From Octopus bimaculoides (lineage: Eukaryota): 64,000 nucleotides of DNA. This document shows, in pieces, positions 1 to 12,590 of this stretch (positions within the stretch are counted from its first letter, which is position 1; the number at the start of each line of letters is the position of its first letter). The notes below the pieces were generated by a model, which was not told where the DNA came from, did not search any database, and was given only the letters and a program-made list of their open reading frames with translations. The position numbers and the translations under genes were made by a program. The stretch is from assembly GCF_001194135.2 (NCBI RefSeq), contig NC_068982.1, positions 163,355,699 through 163,419,698 on the forward strand, in the 5' to 3' direction.

Positions 1-639
1 TTCTGTAATAGAGTTAGTTGAGCCAGACAAAAGAAACGTTACTGTATTATAATCCTCAAATCTCTCAGTAGGCTTAGACGGATGGAGGCAAGTAAACAAA
101 CCAATGCACAGAAAAGCTAAAAGGAAAAAGCAACCCAACAGAAAAGAAAAGAAAACAAACAAAATTAAAGTAAAACAAACATACACGCACATATGCAAAC
201 AGTAACAAATAGGAGTGTTGTAGATAAAATGTCTAAAATGATTAAATAGATATAGTTAATTCTAGTTTAGTCTCATATGTAAAACAAAGAGAACAGACTT
301 TAAAAATAAACTGATGAATGTCTAGAGAGATCATGGTTATGAAAGACAAGATTTAGAGTTGGTGATAGAGAAGATGCAATAATAATAAGGATAATAATAA
401 TAATAATAAAAAGAAAAAAAAAAACTAATCAGGCAGAGACAAATAACAAATGGTGAAGATAAGATCATTGAAAGTCGGTGATATGTAAGAAATTTGGGAA
501 ATTAATAATTTTCATGATAAAAATAAAATATTAAAAAAAAAAACAATGTTTATAATTCAAAGTTCAGTTATAATTGCAGAGACAAAGAAAAAAAATAATA
601 AAAAACAAAACAAAATAATCATATCAAAATGGAATCTGT

Positions 640-1700
640 AATATTGATTTCTTTTGACTTGGCACAAAACCAATTTTTTGTTGTGGGGATGAGGTAGGTA
701 TAAGTCAACTGAATTAACCCCCAGAATATCACTAGTATTACTTTTATTGACATCACAAGGACAAAGGGCAACAATAATGCAGATCAATAATATTGATTTC
801 TGATATAGACACAAGGCCACAAATTTTGTGGAAAGGGAACAGCTGATTATATCAAACCCAGTACTTGACTAGTATTTTATTTTATCGATCCTTGAAGGAT
901 GAACAGCTAAGATCTGAACTCAAAACATAAAGAGTTGAAAACAATACCACATGTCCAGTGTTCTAAATCATCAGTTGTTCTCCTTTGATTGTCACCAAGG
1001 TCCTTTAATTCATGCAATAAAAATGTTATTCATTGGTGATGAACAAAGCAGAGTTATATAGTGTGTGCATGTATAGTAGATTGCTTGACTACAGTACATT
1101 CTTGCTACTTTATAAACTCTAAAGGGATGGTCAGCAAAGTGGATTTTGGCAGGATTTGAACTTAAGACAAAGCTAAATATGGTAAAGTATAAATATTTTT
1201 GTTGCCCTACTGTTTCTATTCTTTGTTCCAGAATCCCTACAGTTATATTGATGTATAACTTTGGCACAATGTTATAAATTTATGCAATGGGGTTTGCAGT
1301 CTTTGAATCAATGTATGTACATGAATGATATTTTGTTTATTGACCCTGGGATGATAAATAGTCCAATCAACAATGACCAGATTTGAACTCAGAACATAAA
1401 AGCAGATATAGCAAACTGTTTACTCATATTATTTGTTATTACTGTTTCTACACTTCTACAGTCCTCACCTGAGAGCAGCATTGATTTCTTGTCACTACAC
1501 ACAACACCAAATTTTGTTAGGGATGAATTATAGAGAATTAAATCAACACAAGTTATTATCAGTAAATATTCTCTGATTTATCCCCAAACTAAGGAATGAA
1601 AGACTAAAAATCAGTCCCTTACAAGAGTTGAATTCAGAATGTAGAGGGACAAAACAAAAACATCTAATAGCATATTGTGTAATGTTCTACTGTTTCTGTC
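640..1700 (-). mobile_element. Cluster of about 5 degraded copies of the tRNA-derived SINE family, all in the same orientation
   Basis: Repeated decayed blocks (ggcacaa..aattt, ccca-gta..actagta, gatttgaactca) resembling the reverse complement of the intact SINE at 52893-53110; copy boundaries approximate. Confidence 0.5.
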
Positions 1701-2604
1701 AGGATGTAGGAGGTGTTGGCATATATGTATGGTTTAAAAAGTTTGCTTTTCAACCATATGATTGTGGATTTCCACTGCCAAGCACTCTGCTACTATAGCA
1801 ACTAATGCTTTGTAAGCAGATTTCATTTTCCATGATTGCATGGGTTGGATGAATCATCAGGTTCTGAGTTATTTCTTATTGGGAACTGTTGTTCCCATAG
1901 ATTGTTCCTACACAGATTTAACTTGGTTTCTATGGCTGTATACCCTTCATGTTGCCAACCACTCTAGAGAGTGTACTGGGTGCATTTTCTCATGGTACCA
2001 ATGTTTTAGAGAGGTTGAATAAAAGGGACCTCAGAACCCTATGCATTCCTTATTCATTTGTCAGTTACTATAGTGTGTACTGGGAGCAATTTTTGTGAAG
2101 TAAGTATTAGAGAGCCTGTCTCAAGAGATTATCATTCTTGAGGGAGTATGATTTATCAGCTTTCCATTGTGGCACCAGTAAGTAGGAGGGAGTGCTTTAT
2201 ACACAAAAAAAAAAAATGAACACAGAGTATTCAGTGAGGTAAGACATGTAGACCAAGAAGGGGGAATAGGGAGAGTGAAGCCAACACTGAAGCCAGAATT
2301 AAGTAAGGGAAAAGGTGCAGGGGAATTATTTGCTCAGGTGGCTTAGGGGACCAAGATGGTTGGGTGGGAGAAAGAAGTAGTAGCATGATTTAAGCAGCAA
2401 AGTTATTTGGGGTGGAGTTATGTAGAGAGTCATTGACAACAGCAGAGGTAGACAAAGGCAACGGTGAGTGACAGAATAAGAGTAGGTGATAGGTGGCAAT
2501 AGAAGTGGTCCTGGGGCAGTGGAAATGGGGTAGTCCAATGCGGTCTCTAGTAACAGGTCTAGTAAAAGAAGCTGTCAATTACTTCAAATGAACTTGCCAG
2601 GTGT

Positions 2605-2828
2605 TTAACCCTGTTGATACCAACCTGCCTGTGACTACTCATGTTCTGACACAAACTTACTGTTTTGAAGTGATCTAAATTAAAATCTTCCATCAAAATT
2701 GTATGGTACTTGTTCCAGATCCCAGCTCAATAATGAGAAAGTTATTTTACTAAGTTCTTCATTATCTTAAAAACTGATTGAAACAAACACAGCATATATC
2801 AACAGAAATATGGTAACAAAAGGGTGAT
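2605..2828. mobile_element. piggyBac-like MITE, about 220 bp
   Basis: TTAA|CCCTGTTGATACCA at left (TTAA 2605-2608) and TGGTAACAAAAGGG|TGAT at right; same family as 32417-32632. Confidence 0.6.
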
Positions 2829-3189
2829 GAGGGAAAATTTCCAGTGTGCTCTTAGTGTGTATTGCTCCAATCTGTCACATATATAGAATATATACGTGTG
2901 TGTGAGTGTGCATGCATGTGTCTTACTGCTTGAGAAGTGGTGTTGGTTTACACCTACAACACTTATCAGTTTGGAAAAACAATAACAGAATAAACATCAG
3001 ACTTGAAAGTAGGTACTGGGGTTGATTTGATCAACAAAACCCTCTAAGGCAGATCCCAGCATGACTGCAGTTCATTGACTGAAAATCTAAAGAAATAAAA
3101 GAATATAATCTGTACCAAAGTTATATCTATTGTTGTTGTTTACATTAGGTCAGACCAATGAGGAAAAATGTTCCAGTTATGACCGTCTT

Positions 3190-3470
3190 ATCAAAAGTCT
3201 TCTTCCTTGTTGTTATTTAGTCCAATTCAATTTTAACTGAGCAGGCTTATCATGGAGTTGAAGGATGATCTTGCTGTAATCCACTGCATCTTCTTCTCAG
3301 GCATAGTGTTTACTAGACTACATTATCCAATGTAGCCTTCCTTTTCATATGTAAGTTGATTTGAAGGAGATTTGTTTGCTATTTCTAACAGGGTGGGATG
3401 TACTTTGAGGAAATCTGGTTGCTGTTTCTAGCAGGTCAAACAGCCACATAAAGGCTCTCACATTGGCTTG
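3190..3470. repeat. Abundant dispersed repeat family with core gatttgaaggagatttggctgctatttctagcagg
   Basis: Related copies at about 10290-10490, 12400-12500, 14230-14400, 23060-23250, 33110-33245, 49490-49620, 54510-54730, 61740-61940, 62090-62300 in both orientations; class not determined. Confidence 0.6.
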
Positions 3471-4435
3471 AGTAAAGTTATCTTTATTTCAAAAAGTTGT
3501 AGAATGGCAGAAATGACAGAAGAGTAACAGACTAAATGCCACATGATTGGTTATTACAACTCTTTACATTGTAAGCTGAAAATCTCACTGGGATAAAACA
3601 AAAAGCAAGCATATACGTGTGTGTGTGCGTGTGCGTGCGCACGTGTGTGTGTGTAGACGGACATTGATTAAATTTAGTATACCCCTATTTCCATACAATT
3701 CTGTGGCTAAGTGCCAAAGATAACAACAATTATTATTATTGTTTATGTAAAAAAAAACCCAAAAAACAAAACAATGCGACAAAATTTGGTGGAAGTGTTA
3801 CAAAATTTTTTCATTTGAAAAAACAAGAAAAATATGAAATTGTTGACTGGAGATTAATTTGTTAATGTTATTGTTTAGAAGTTTTGTTTAGCTCTGAGCA
3901 GACCTAAAGGACTGCCATACCATCCATCCCAGAACAATGTCAGATTACTGAAGAGGAAGATAAAACAAAAATATAAAAAAAACAAAACAGCAATACTAAA
4001 TGGATGTTTTCATATTTCATAAATGTTTAGCTAACAAAACAACAATTGGAATTTTTTATTAGTCATATGACAGCTAACACCAGCCGTTACAATGATTTTT
4101 TTATATCCTCTAACACCCCAACTAAAAAATAAACAGCTACCATTAGAGAAGCTTTGAAAGAATGGAATGAGCTTACACATCAGAAATGTGGCATTAGCAA
4201 CTCCAAAGGCCTAGTTTACAATATGGACACAAAGATCCAGATTTGTTTCTTAAGGGGGTTACTTAATCATTAAGCTCAGTATCTGATTAGTACTTACTTT
4301 ATTGACCTAGGAAGGATGAAGAGCAAAGTTAGTCATCAGTTAGATTTGAACTCAGAAAGTAAAGAATCGTAAGTTTTTTATTCCAGTCCAACATGCTACC
4401 AGTTCTGCCCTCCACTATAAACATTGATGATGATG

Positions 4436-4811
4436 ATTGAAATTGAAAAAAAATCTGGCATCTCATGGCAGTTACAAAACTAGTAATTGTAGGAGCACTA
4501 GGAATGATCTAAAAAAGGAACTGGAAATTATTTAGAATAATTCCTGGCAAACTATCCCTATAAGAAGTGCAAAAGTTTGTTTACCTGTGATACACATATT
4601 GAGAAGTGCACTGTCGCTGTGAGAATGATAACCTTCAGTGTAAATATTTTGTTCTTTTTTCTTTACATAACTTTATTTGATTTTGCAAATGAACAATCTG
4701 GTGTGTTTATTTTAATGGCCTATCAATGTATACAGTAATTTTTTTTTGCCCTAGGTGTCAAGAAGACATTCAGCAAGAAATGGAAACAAAGTTGAAGGAA
4801 GAAGAAAAACT

Positions 4812-4850
<39 letters not shown>
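4436..4850 (+). mobile_element. Decayed 3' end of an R4/Dong-like (restriction-like endonuclease) non-LTR retrotransposon
   Basis: Broken frame reads IEIEK.WHLMAVTKLVIVGALGMI.K...IPGKLSL.EVQK...HILRSALSL*, followed by a 3' UTR and an (AAC)n tail; same motif order as 37044-37211. Confidence 0.6.
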
Positions 4851-5063
4851 AATCCTTTCTCCTATAGGCACAAGGCATGAAATTTTAGGGGTGCAGGTTA
4901 GCTGATTGCATTGACCCCAGTTTCTACTGGTACTTATTTTATCAACCTCAAAAGGACGAAAGCAAAGTTAACATTGGTGGAATTTGAACTCAATGTAAAG
5001 CTGGACAAAATACTGCTAAGCATTTTGTCCTGTGTGCTAACAATTCTGCCAGCTCACCACCTT
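4851..5063 (-). mobile_element. tRNA-derived SINE, near full length
   Basis: Reverse complement begins aaggtggtgagctggcagaattgttagc (A-box-like), contains gagttcaaattcc (B-box-like) and ends gtgcctataggagaaaggatt; matches 52893-53110. Confidence 0.8.
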
Positions 5064-5078
5064 AATAATAGTAATAAT

Positions 5079-5296
5079 AATCCATTCTACTTTAGGTACA
5101 AGGCCTGAAATTTTTGGAGAGGAGACTAGTTGATTACATCAACCCCAGTGTTTCACTGATACTTAATTTATCAACCTTGAAAAAATGAAAGGCAAAGTTG
5201 ACCACAGCAGAATTTGAACTCAGAAAATAAAAACAGACGAAATGCCGCTAAGCATTTTGCCTAGCATGTTAACGATTCTGTCATCTCACTGTCTTT
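5079..5296 (-). mobile_element. tRNA-derived SINE, second copy directly adjacent
   Basis: Colinear with 4851-5063 and separated from it by a short (AAT)n run. Confidence 0.8.
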
Positions 5297-5329
5297 AATA
5301 ACAGTAATAATAATAACAACAACAGTAAT

Positions 5330-5520
5330 GATCTCTAATTTAAGCACAGGGCCAGCAGTTTTGAGGTCAGTTACATGGACCCTAGTTCTTGATTTGTACT
5401 TTATTTTATAGAGTGAATGACAAAGTTGATCTCAAGACTGGCACTTAGAATATTAAGAGATGTGACTAAATTTCACATGAAAATTTTACTGACAACCTAC
5501 CAATTCTGCAACTGACATCC
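5330..5520 (-). mobile_element. tRNA-derived SINE, third and more diverged copy
   Basis: atctctaatttaagcacagggccagc...caaagttgatc...caattctgc, colinear with the two copies to the left. Confidence 0.55.
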
Positions 5521-5571
5521 ATCATTGCTAATAATAAGTAAATAATGCTAAATGAACAAACAAATCTAGTG

Positions 5572-5818
5572 AAAAGTAAAGTAAAGTTTCTTCTCAAGTC
5601 ATAGAGACTCATGAGGGCCGGTTTCCATGGTGTATATTATGTTCACCACCTGGATGAGACGCCAGTCCATTACTCATTTTTGTTAGCTGAGTGGACTGGA
5701 GCAACACGATATGAAGTGTTTTGCTCAAAAACACAACACACTCCCCAGTCTAGGAATTGAAACCACAATCTTACAATCATGAGTCCAACAACCTAACCAC
5801 TATGCCATGCACCTCCAC
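5572..5818 (-). mobile_element. Second tRNA-derived SINE family with conserved central domain and (CTTTA)-like tail
   Basis: Reverse complement: gtggaggtgcatggcatagtggttagg (A box), ggtttcaattcc (B box), central ttgagcaaaacacttcatatcgtgttgctccagtccactcagct; related copy at 59330-59510. Confidence 0.7.
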
Positions 5819-5837
5819 AACATTATACTGAAAGGAA

Positions 5838-5875
<38 letters not shown>

Positions 5876-6558
5876 CATCATCAGCGGACGTTAAACGACG
5901 ACGACGATGATGATGATATATATATATGTGTGTGTGTGTGTGTATAGTTAATTAAAAAAAAGGAAGAAAAACACAAGAAAAAACAACAATGCAACAATGT
6001 GGTACATGCAAAGTATTAATAGACACTCAGGGAAGGAAAGAAAGGTAGTTTTACGTTTCAAGCAAAGCTCTTCTTCAGAAACAGGAGACAGCGGAAAGTC
6101 CAAGAGAAAAGGAAGATAAAGGAAAAAAATTGGCAACAATCTACATGTAGCTACATTTTGAAATGACCCGTATTTACACATACATACACACACAGTGACT
6201 GCATTTAGAATATAGAAAAAATTATATTTCCTATGAATACAGTGAAAGTGGGGCTTTGAGCAACTATAAAATAACCAGTGTGGGATTACAAAAATATCTA
6301 GTAAAGAATAATAGAAAAACTAATACAAATAGCTACAAAATGTGTACAAATACAAAACCTTGCTTTCTGTCTGTAAGGAAGCCAACAAATTCAAAACAGG
6401 CTTCTTGTTGCTTCAAGTAACCTTTTGGTCAAGTTGTTTATGTCCCTCGACTAGTAGTCTGTGACCAGACTTTAGTTTAGTCTTGGTCTTTTACTAAAGC
6501 CCTGGACCAGGGAATACCTTGAAAGTGAATTTGGTGAATGGAATCTGAAGGAAGTCCA

Positions 6559-6606
<48 letters not shown>

Positions 6607-7994
6607 ATGATGATGACCGACAATTTCACTTGAGTGAAACAGTGAATTGAATAGTTCCTTGCTGATATGAGTAGAAAAATGTCCCTTTCTTGAAAAATAA
6701 GTTAAGTATTGGTGGTAGAATGTATCACCAACCAATCCATTAAATGAACAAACAATTATTTTACAATAAATTACTATTAATGCACACATACTTTAATTAA
6801 TATTAAATAATCTGAATGCCATTTATGTAGTCATAGTTAAATGTTTTAATGTTGGCTTAATTATGAAATATTCTATAACTTATCGGAGCATTTGCATTTT
6901 TATGATAGCTCAGCATGGCCAGAAACCTGTACATGCAGATATAAGATGTCCAGTATGTAGGCTTGTGTTGAATTTATTTATTCAAAACTATGTTTAATTT
7001 TTGGCCATCTCATATTTTACTGAGTGTAAGCTGCTGTCAACAGATTTAGGGCTTTCAAAAGGTATTCCCCACTTTTTTTTTTTATTTATATCAGATCAAT
7101 AAGAAATGTCTTGGAGGTTTGACTGATGCATTGATTATGTTGAATAAATATGTAAAAAAAAAAAAAGAAAAAAAATCTCTGTTACTGTTTATCAGAGGAC
7201 AATGGTTTGTTTTTGTATTTTTTTTTTTCATCACTTTCCAAGTTTATAGACTTTCAAAAGTCTTGCTCTTTGAATGGGGCAATGTTACTGAAGCTTTGAT
7301 CAATCCTCCATATGGTAAGTTCTATTGATTTTTTAGTCACTTCAATTGAAATGACAAATGAAGCCAGAGTTCAAACTACATTGAAAAAAACCCAAAAAAA
7401 CACATGGCTTGATGCTCCTGCTACAACAACAACAACTATAACAATAACAACAACAACTATAACAATAACAACAACAACCACAACTACAATGACTTTTGTT
7501 GTAGAAAGTGTACAGCTTTTAAATACAGCCTATGAGCTGATGTTGATATTGACTGTTCTAATAAGTGATAACTGTTACCATACTGCTGGTGGCAGCTCTA
7601 GTTGGAGTGATGCCATATGGGCAAGACCACCTAATTTGTGTATCACCATCATCATCATCATTCTCATTTAGATTTTATAACAATGATATGAGATTTGTAA
7701 TAAAAATCAATAGTATGATGAACTAATATTTATGTTTGTCAGGATTTTGCATTCGCTAAGTCCTTAACTGTATAAATACAGATGATTAAATAAATTATGA
7801 TTTTTCTTTTTTACTTGAGAAGAGCAAAGTCAGTCCTGACTCTTGATGTTATTTTCTTGACCCAAATAAAAGATGAAAGGAAAAGCTGAGCCTTGTAAGA
7901 CAGAACACAGAATGTAGAGAAAAGAATGAAGACATATTATTATTACGGTTAAGCCTTTGGCCCAGTGCATCACTATTTCACCAACTCTCCACCT

Positions 7995-8049
<55 letters not shown>

Positions 8050-9777
8050 GCTGCTGCTGTTGGTACTCTTATAACCCATTGAGTCATAGTAGCAACAGTG
8101 AATCCTTCACCAATTCTTGTTGGTTCACATATTATGTGTGAACCAATGAGGGGATCTCTATGTGACCATAGAAACAGCAGCCTAATTCCTTCATATTAAA
8201 CCTTGTCATCTTCAAAGTGGAAACATAGGACTGTGAAGTCATAGATATACAAAAACACGAGATGGTCATAGTTGGGATACATTTGATCATAGGTTTGCTC
8301 AATTGAAACTGAGCCAGAACCCAACAATAGCAATAACATCCAGCCGCAAAAATACACATTCCAACTATTTACAGGTAGATATTTTAAGTTATGAGAGACA
8401 CAGCTCATTCATACAAGTCTGGAGTTAAAAAAAAAAAATCCATTAAAATAAGTGAACAAAAAAGAACATCAAAAAATTAAAATAAGAATATAATTTTAAG
8501 AGAAGCAGGTGAAGAATTTTTAGATGATTTGAGTTTTTTTGTTCATTGAATCAGCAATAAATGAAATGGATTTTGGACATTAGAATTTTCTGTTTCAGGT
8601 AGCTCACAGATATTGTCAAAGTTTGTCTAGGAGTATGCGATAAATCTATGAGTGATATATCATGTGATATATCTCTCTCTCTAAGAAGCCATACTAGAGG
8701 ATTTATCACTTCAGACGACTAAACAAATATCTTGGTGAAACCTTATAAAATAGCAAACATTGGAAATAAGAAAAGAAGCCAAATATTCTGTTTATTGGAG
8801 TCGATTTCACTGAGAATCAATTTCTCAGCATTAACTCCACCCACACCAGCATTTGATATTAATTTTAAAAAGCCATATCTTCAGGAAAGATTTGATTACG
8901 AGGAATTATAACCCCATTTAAATGTGATGAAGTCCAGTATAATTTTTGATAATTTTGCTTCAGAATTTTCTTTGTTATAAATGAATGAAAGGAAAAGGGG
9001 ATGAGAATGATGTAATTCACGGTCAATTTGAACATAATCTATGAGTTGATCTCTGCACAGGTACAAAAAAAGAAAAAAAGGAAAAACAAAATAAAATGTT
9101 AGAGAGAAAATTTCAGAGAATGACTTTCAAAGGGAAAGAATTGGGTAGCGGTAAGATCTGAGAGAAGATAATAGTTTTTATTTAGTTTATTTTTTTACCA
9201 TTTAGTTAGAAATGGAAGGACAGCACTCATAACTCTTTATTTCTGGTTGTAAGAGAGAGGAAATTATCTTCAGACTGGAGATCTGACTGGAATTCTTGCA
9301 ACAGAGTAAATTCCAATAAAAGCATCTGATGACCAGGTGGTGGTGTTACACCAGGCAACATGAAATATGCATTGGGTTAGTTTGGGTAGAGAAGGAATGC
9401 AGCTATCTGGTTGAGAGGTGCAGAGGATGTGACAAAATAAGGTGGAGAGAAGAAAAAGCATGTCAGTGAGCCATTAGCTGTAACATAATGGATGGCAAAT
9501 CTTCATCAATAAGGTAGATTTTATTTGTTCTTGTAAGACCAGCAGAGATTACATAGTACCCAAAAGAATTAAATTCCAGTAATTAAAACATTTTATTGGG
9601 CAAAATATATTATATTAATGCTACTTCTCCATTTTTGGACTAATGGATATATGTCAGTTAGTTTGCTGAAGTGTTGAGTAGAACACTGGCTCAGTTTGGG
9701 CTACCTGCTGTCATCCACAGACGGGGTATATTTCCATTGGATCTACTTCAGGAATTCTGCAGTGTTAGTTGAGATAA

Positions 9778-9976
9778 TAATTTTTTAAGTAATGAGAAGA
9801 TGAATTTGGTATTAATCTTTATTTTGTACAACAGTCGTTTCAACCCATCCTGCTACATTTGATACAACACATGTTGAAAAGAGTCCTACTCATTAGGGAC
9901 AGAAGCAGGATGGGTCGAAATGACGGTTGTACAAAATAAAGATTAATACCAAATCCATCTTCATGTTACTTAAGAA

Positions 9977-9980
<4 letters not shown>
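9778..9980. mobile_element. MITE-like hairpin: about 77 bp inverted arms with about 50 bp spacer
   Basis: 9778-9854 is the reverse complement of 9904-9980 with few mismatches (tttggtattaatctttattttgtacaac perfectly paired); flanked by (TAA)/(TTA) repeats. Confidence 0.8.
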
Positions 9981-10020
<40 letters not shown>

Positions 10021-11310
10021 CATTATTATTATTATTATCATTATTATTATTATTATCATTATTATATATATATATATATACAGTAGTTACAAAATTAACT
10101 AGTATTAATATTCACATATATATATGCATAATATCAGCATGAATATATGACATTTCGTCAGAAAATTATTGGTATTGTTAAATATAAGATATAATGAACA
10201 AAGAAGTCGCACATAATTATCTCACATTTTCTCTATCTGTACTGTACAAAATCATAAATTAATACATAATTATCTGCAGACAGCTTGTGTTTGTTATTGT
10301 TTACCTAAGTCAACTCTGATTGGGAATATCTATGATCAAAAATGTTTTAACTGTTATCACTGCAGTTCAATATATCTAGGACTACTTTGTCCAATATGTC
10401 CTTTAAGATGTTAGGATGCGATTTGAAAGAATTTGGCTGCCTTTTTCTAGCAAGTCAAGCAACCATGTGGGACTCTCATTGGCTTGGCCAGAAGCTAGTA
10501 AGTTAATCTAGTGACTCTTGGACTTTCAAGCTTTCTTACATTTTTTTTTTTGGTATTTAAAAAAAAGATATAGGAACATAAGTCTTTTGGGAACTGATGA
10601 TATATTTATTTGTATCTGATTTCAGACTTAACTTTACAGTAATGAACTTTGTCATCTACATCTATATATCTATTTATCATAGATTTGTTATACATTGGAA
10701 CATACGTGTAGCTATACACTTGAGCATATGTGTAGCTTTCTTTGATGTGTGAGCACATGTGATGATGATGATGATCATGTGTGGCTTGATTAATCACCTC
10801 AGCACCTGTATGGCTTACTTTGACAAACACCAGCTTCGTTCCATCAATGTAACTAACAGATGTTCTTTTTTATCCTCTGTATGGATGATACTCAAAGCAA
10901 CTCAACATTAACAAAGGTTAGACTGCAACTCCATGAATAAATACATAACCTACTATAGAACCAAGTGTGGAAATAAAATAGTTCCTAAGGATTGATAAAT
11001 TGAAGTTATTAGGAACAATTCTAAATGCAAAAGGGATTAGGTTTATACATCACTAAATTTAAGACACATGCACACAGAAATATATATTGTATCTTAGTTG
11101 CCAAAAGCAATCAATGTGTGATGGATTAAACAACATATCTACTTACAAAACACTTTTAACAAAAGACAACAAGCACATCAAGAAAAAAATAAAGATAGAA
11201 AAGAAGTTAGATGTTTAGAAGTATGTGTAACTAAACTGGTATCTTGAAATTTAAATCACCTTGCTGTCTATGTCTCTCTCTCTCTGTCTCTCTGTCTGTC
11301 TCTGTTTCTC

Positions 11311-11343
<33 letters not shown>

Positions 11344-12557
11344 GTCTCTCTCTCCCCCAACATACCAAAGCTCATACTACACAATCTTTCTCAGGACTGC
11401 ATCCTTTTAGAACAAACATCCTGCAAATTAATCTATGCCTGACATGAAGCTCACTAATGGATTTTCTTCTCTATATTCTCCAATGAACCTGTTAAAATCT
11501 ATGCCAACTACACTCTCAAACAACAATCGAGTTTACTTTGCTTACCACCATGGAAGATACAACCTGTGTCTTTTTTGCTGTTATCTTTCTTCCTCATTTA
11601 TATCTATTTATTAATAAATTTGTTGTATTTATAAATGTCTGAGCACATGCATAGCTTTCTTTGATGTATGAGCATACATGCAATGATGATGATGATGATG
11701 ATGATGTACAGATTGATTAATGATCTGAGCATGTGTGGTTTACACTGATAAGTACCTACCTGATTACACCAATGTTATCTGTTTTTCTATATTGTTCCCT
11801 ATACCCACATTGGAGAAACATAACTTCTTTTACTGATGGGAAGGAAATTCAATAAGGAAAATATGCAATCTGATTAAATCTATGATAGGGCAAGAATTGT
11901 TCCTTCCAGCACAAGATGATTCTTCATGCTAAAACCTTTCTAGAAAAACATACTACGCTGATATAACACTGATAAATGAGAGATATCTCTTTATACTCTA
12001 ATATAACTTTTCTAGTTACACACCGCAGAATAAATACACTTAGTTCTGTCTTCTAGTGACTGATGACAGGAAGGACATCTATAGTCATAAGATCCCAACC
12101 AAATCAAGCATTAATGCAGAACATCAAGACTAGTACACACATGCATGCACACACACACACAGAGTCAAGAAGTATGGTGTTACATTGTACTGCAAACCCA
12201 GCCAAATTATGCCAGCATGAAAAATCAGATTAAAAAAAAAAATGATGATAATGATGATAACAATGATGATGATGATGTTGAAGAAGAGATAATAGAGGTC
12301 TTTGTTCTTGTTCTGATCATATACATTTACCATCAAAGCTACTCCAGTAATGATCATCCAGTCTTTTTTTCAGACATATTGCATCCAGTACTACACTAAC
12401 CTCTATATCTTTCCTCTCTTAAAACAGTAAGGTGTGATTGATGGCTGATTTGGCTGCTATTTTTGGTAGGTTGAGTCAACTAAATGGAGGTTCTCCCATG
12501 GGTGTAAGGATAGGATATATATATATATATATATATATATATNNNNNNNNNNATACA

Positions 12558-12590
<33 letters not shown>

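Noticed and set aside
8603-8911. About 100 codons with a single stop on the plus strand
   Set aside because: No recognisable motif or consistent splice sites; expected occasionally by chance
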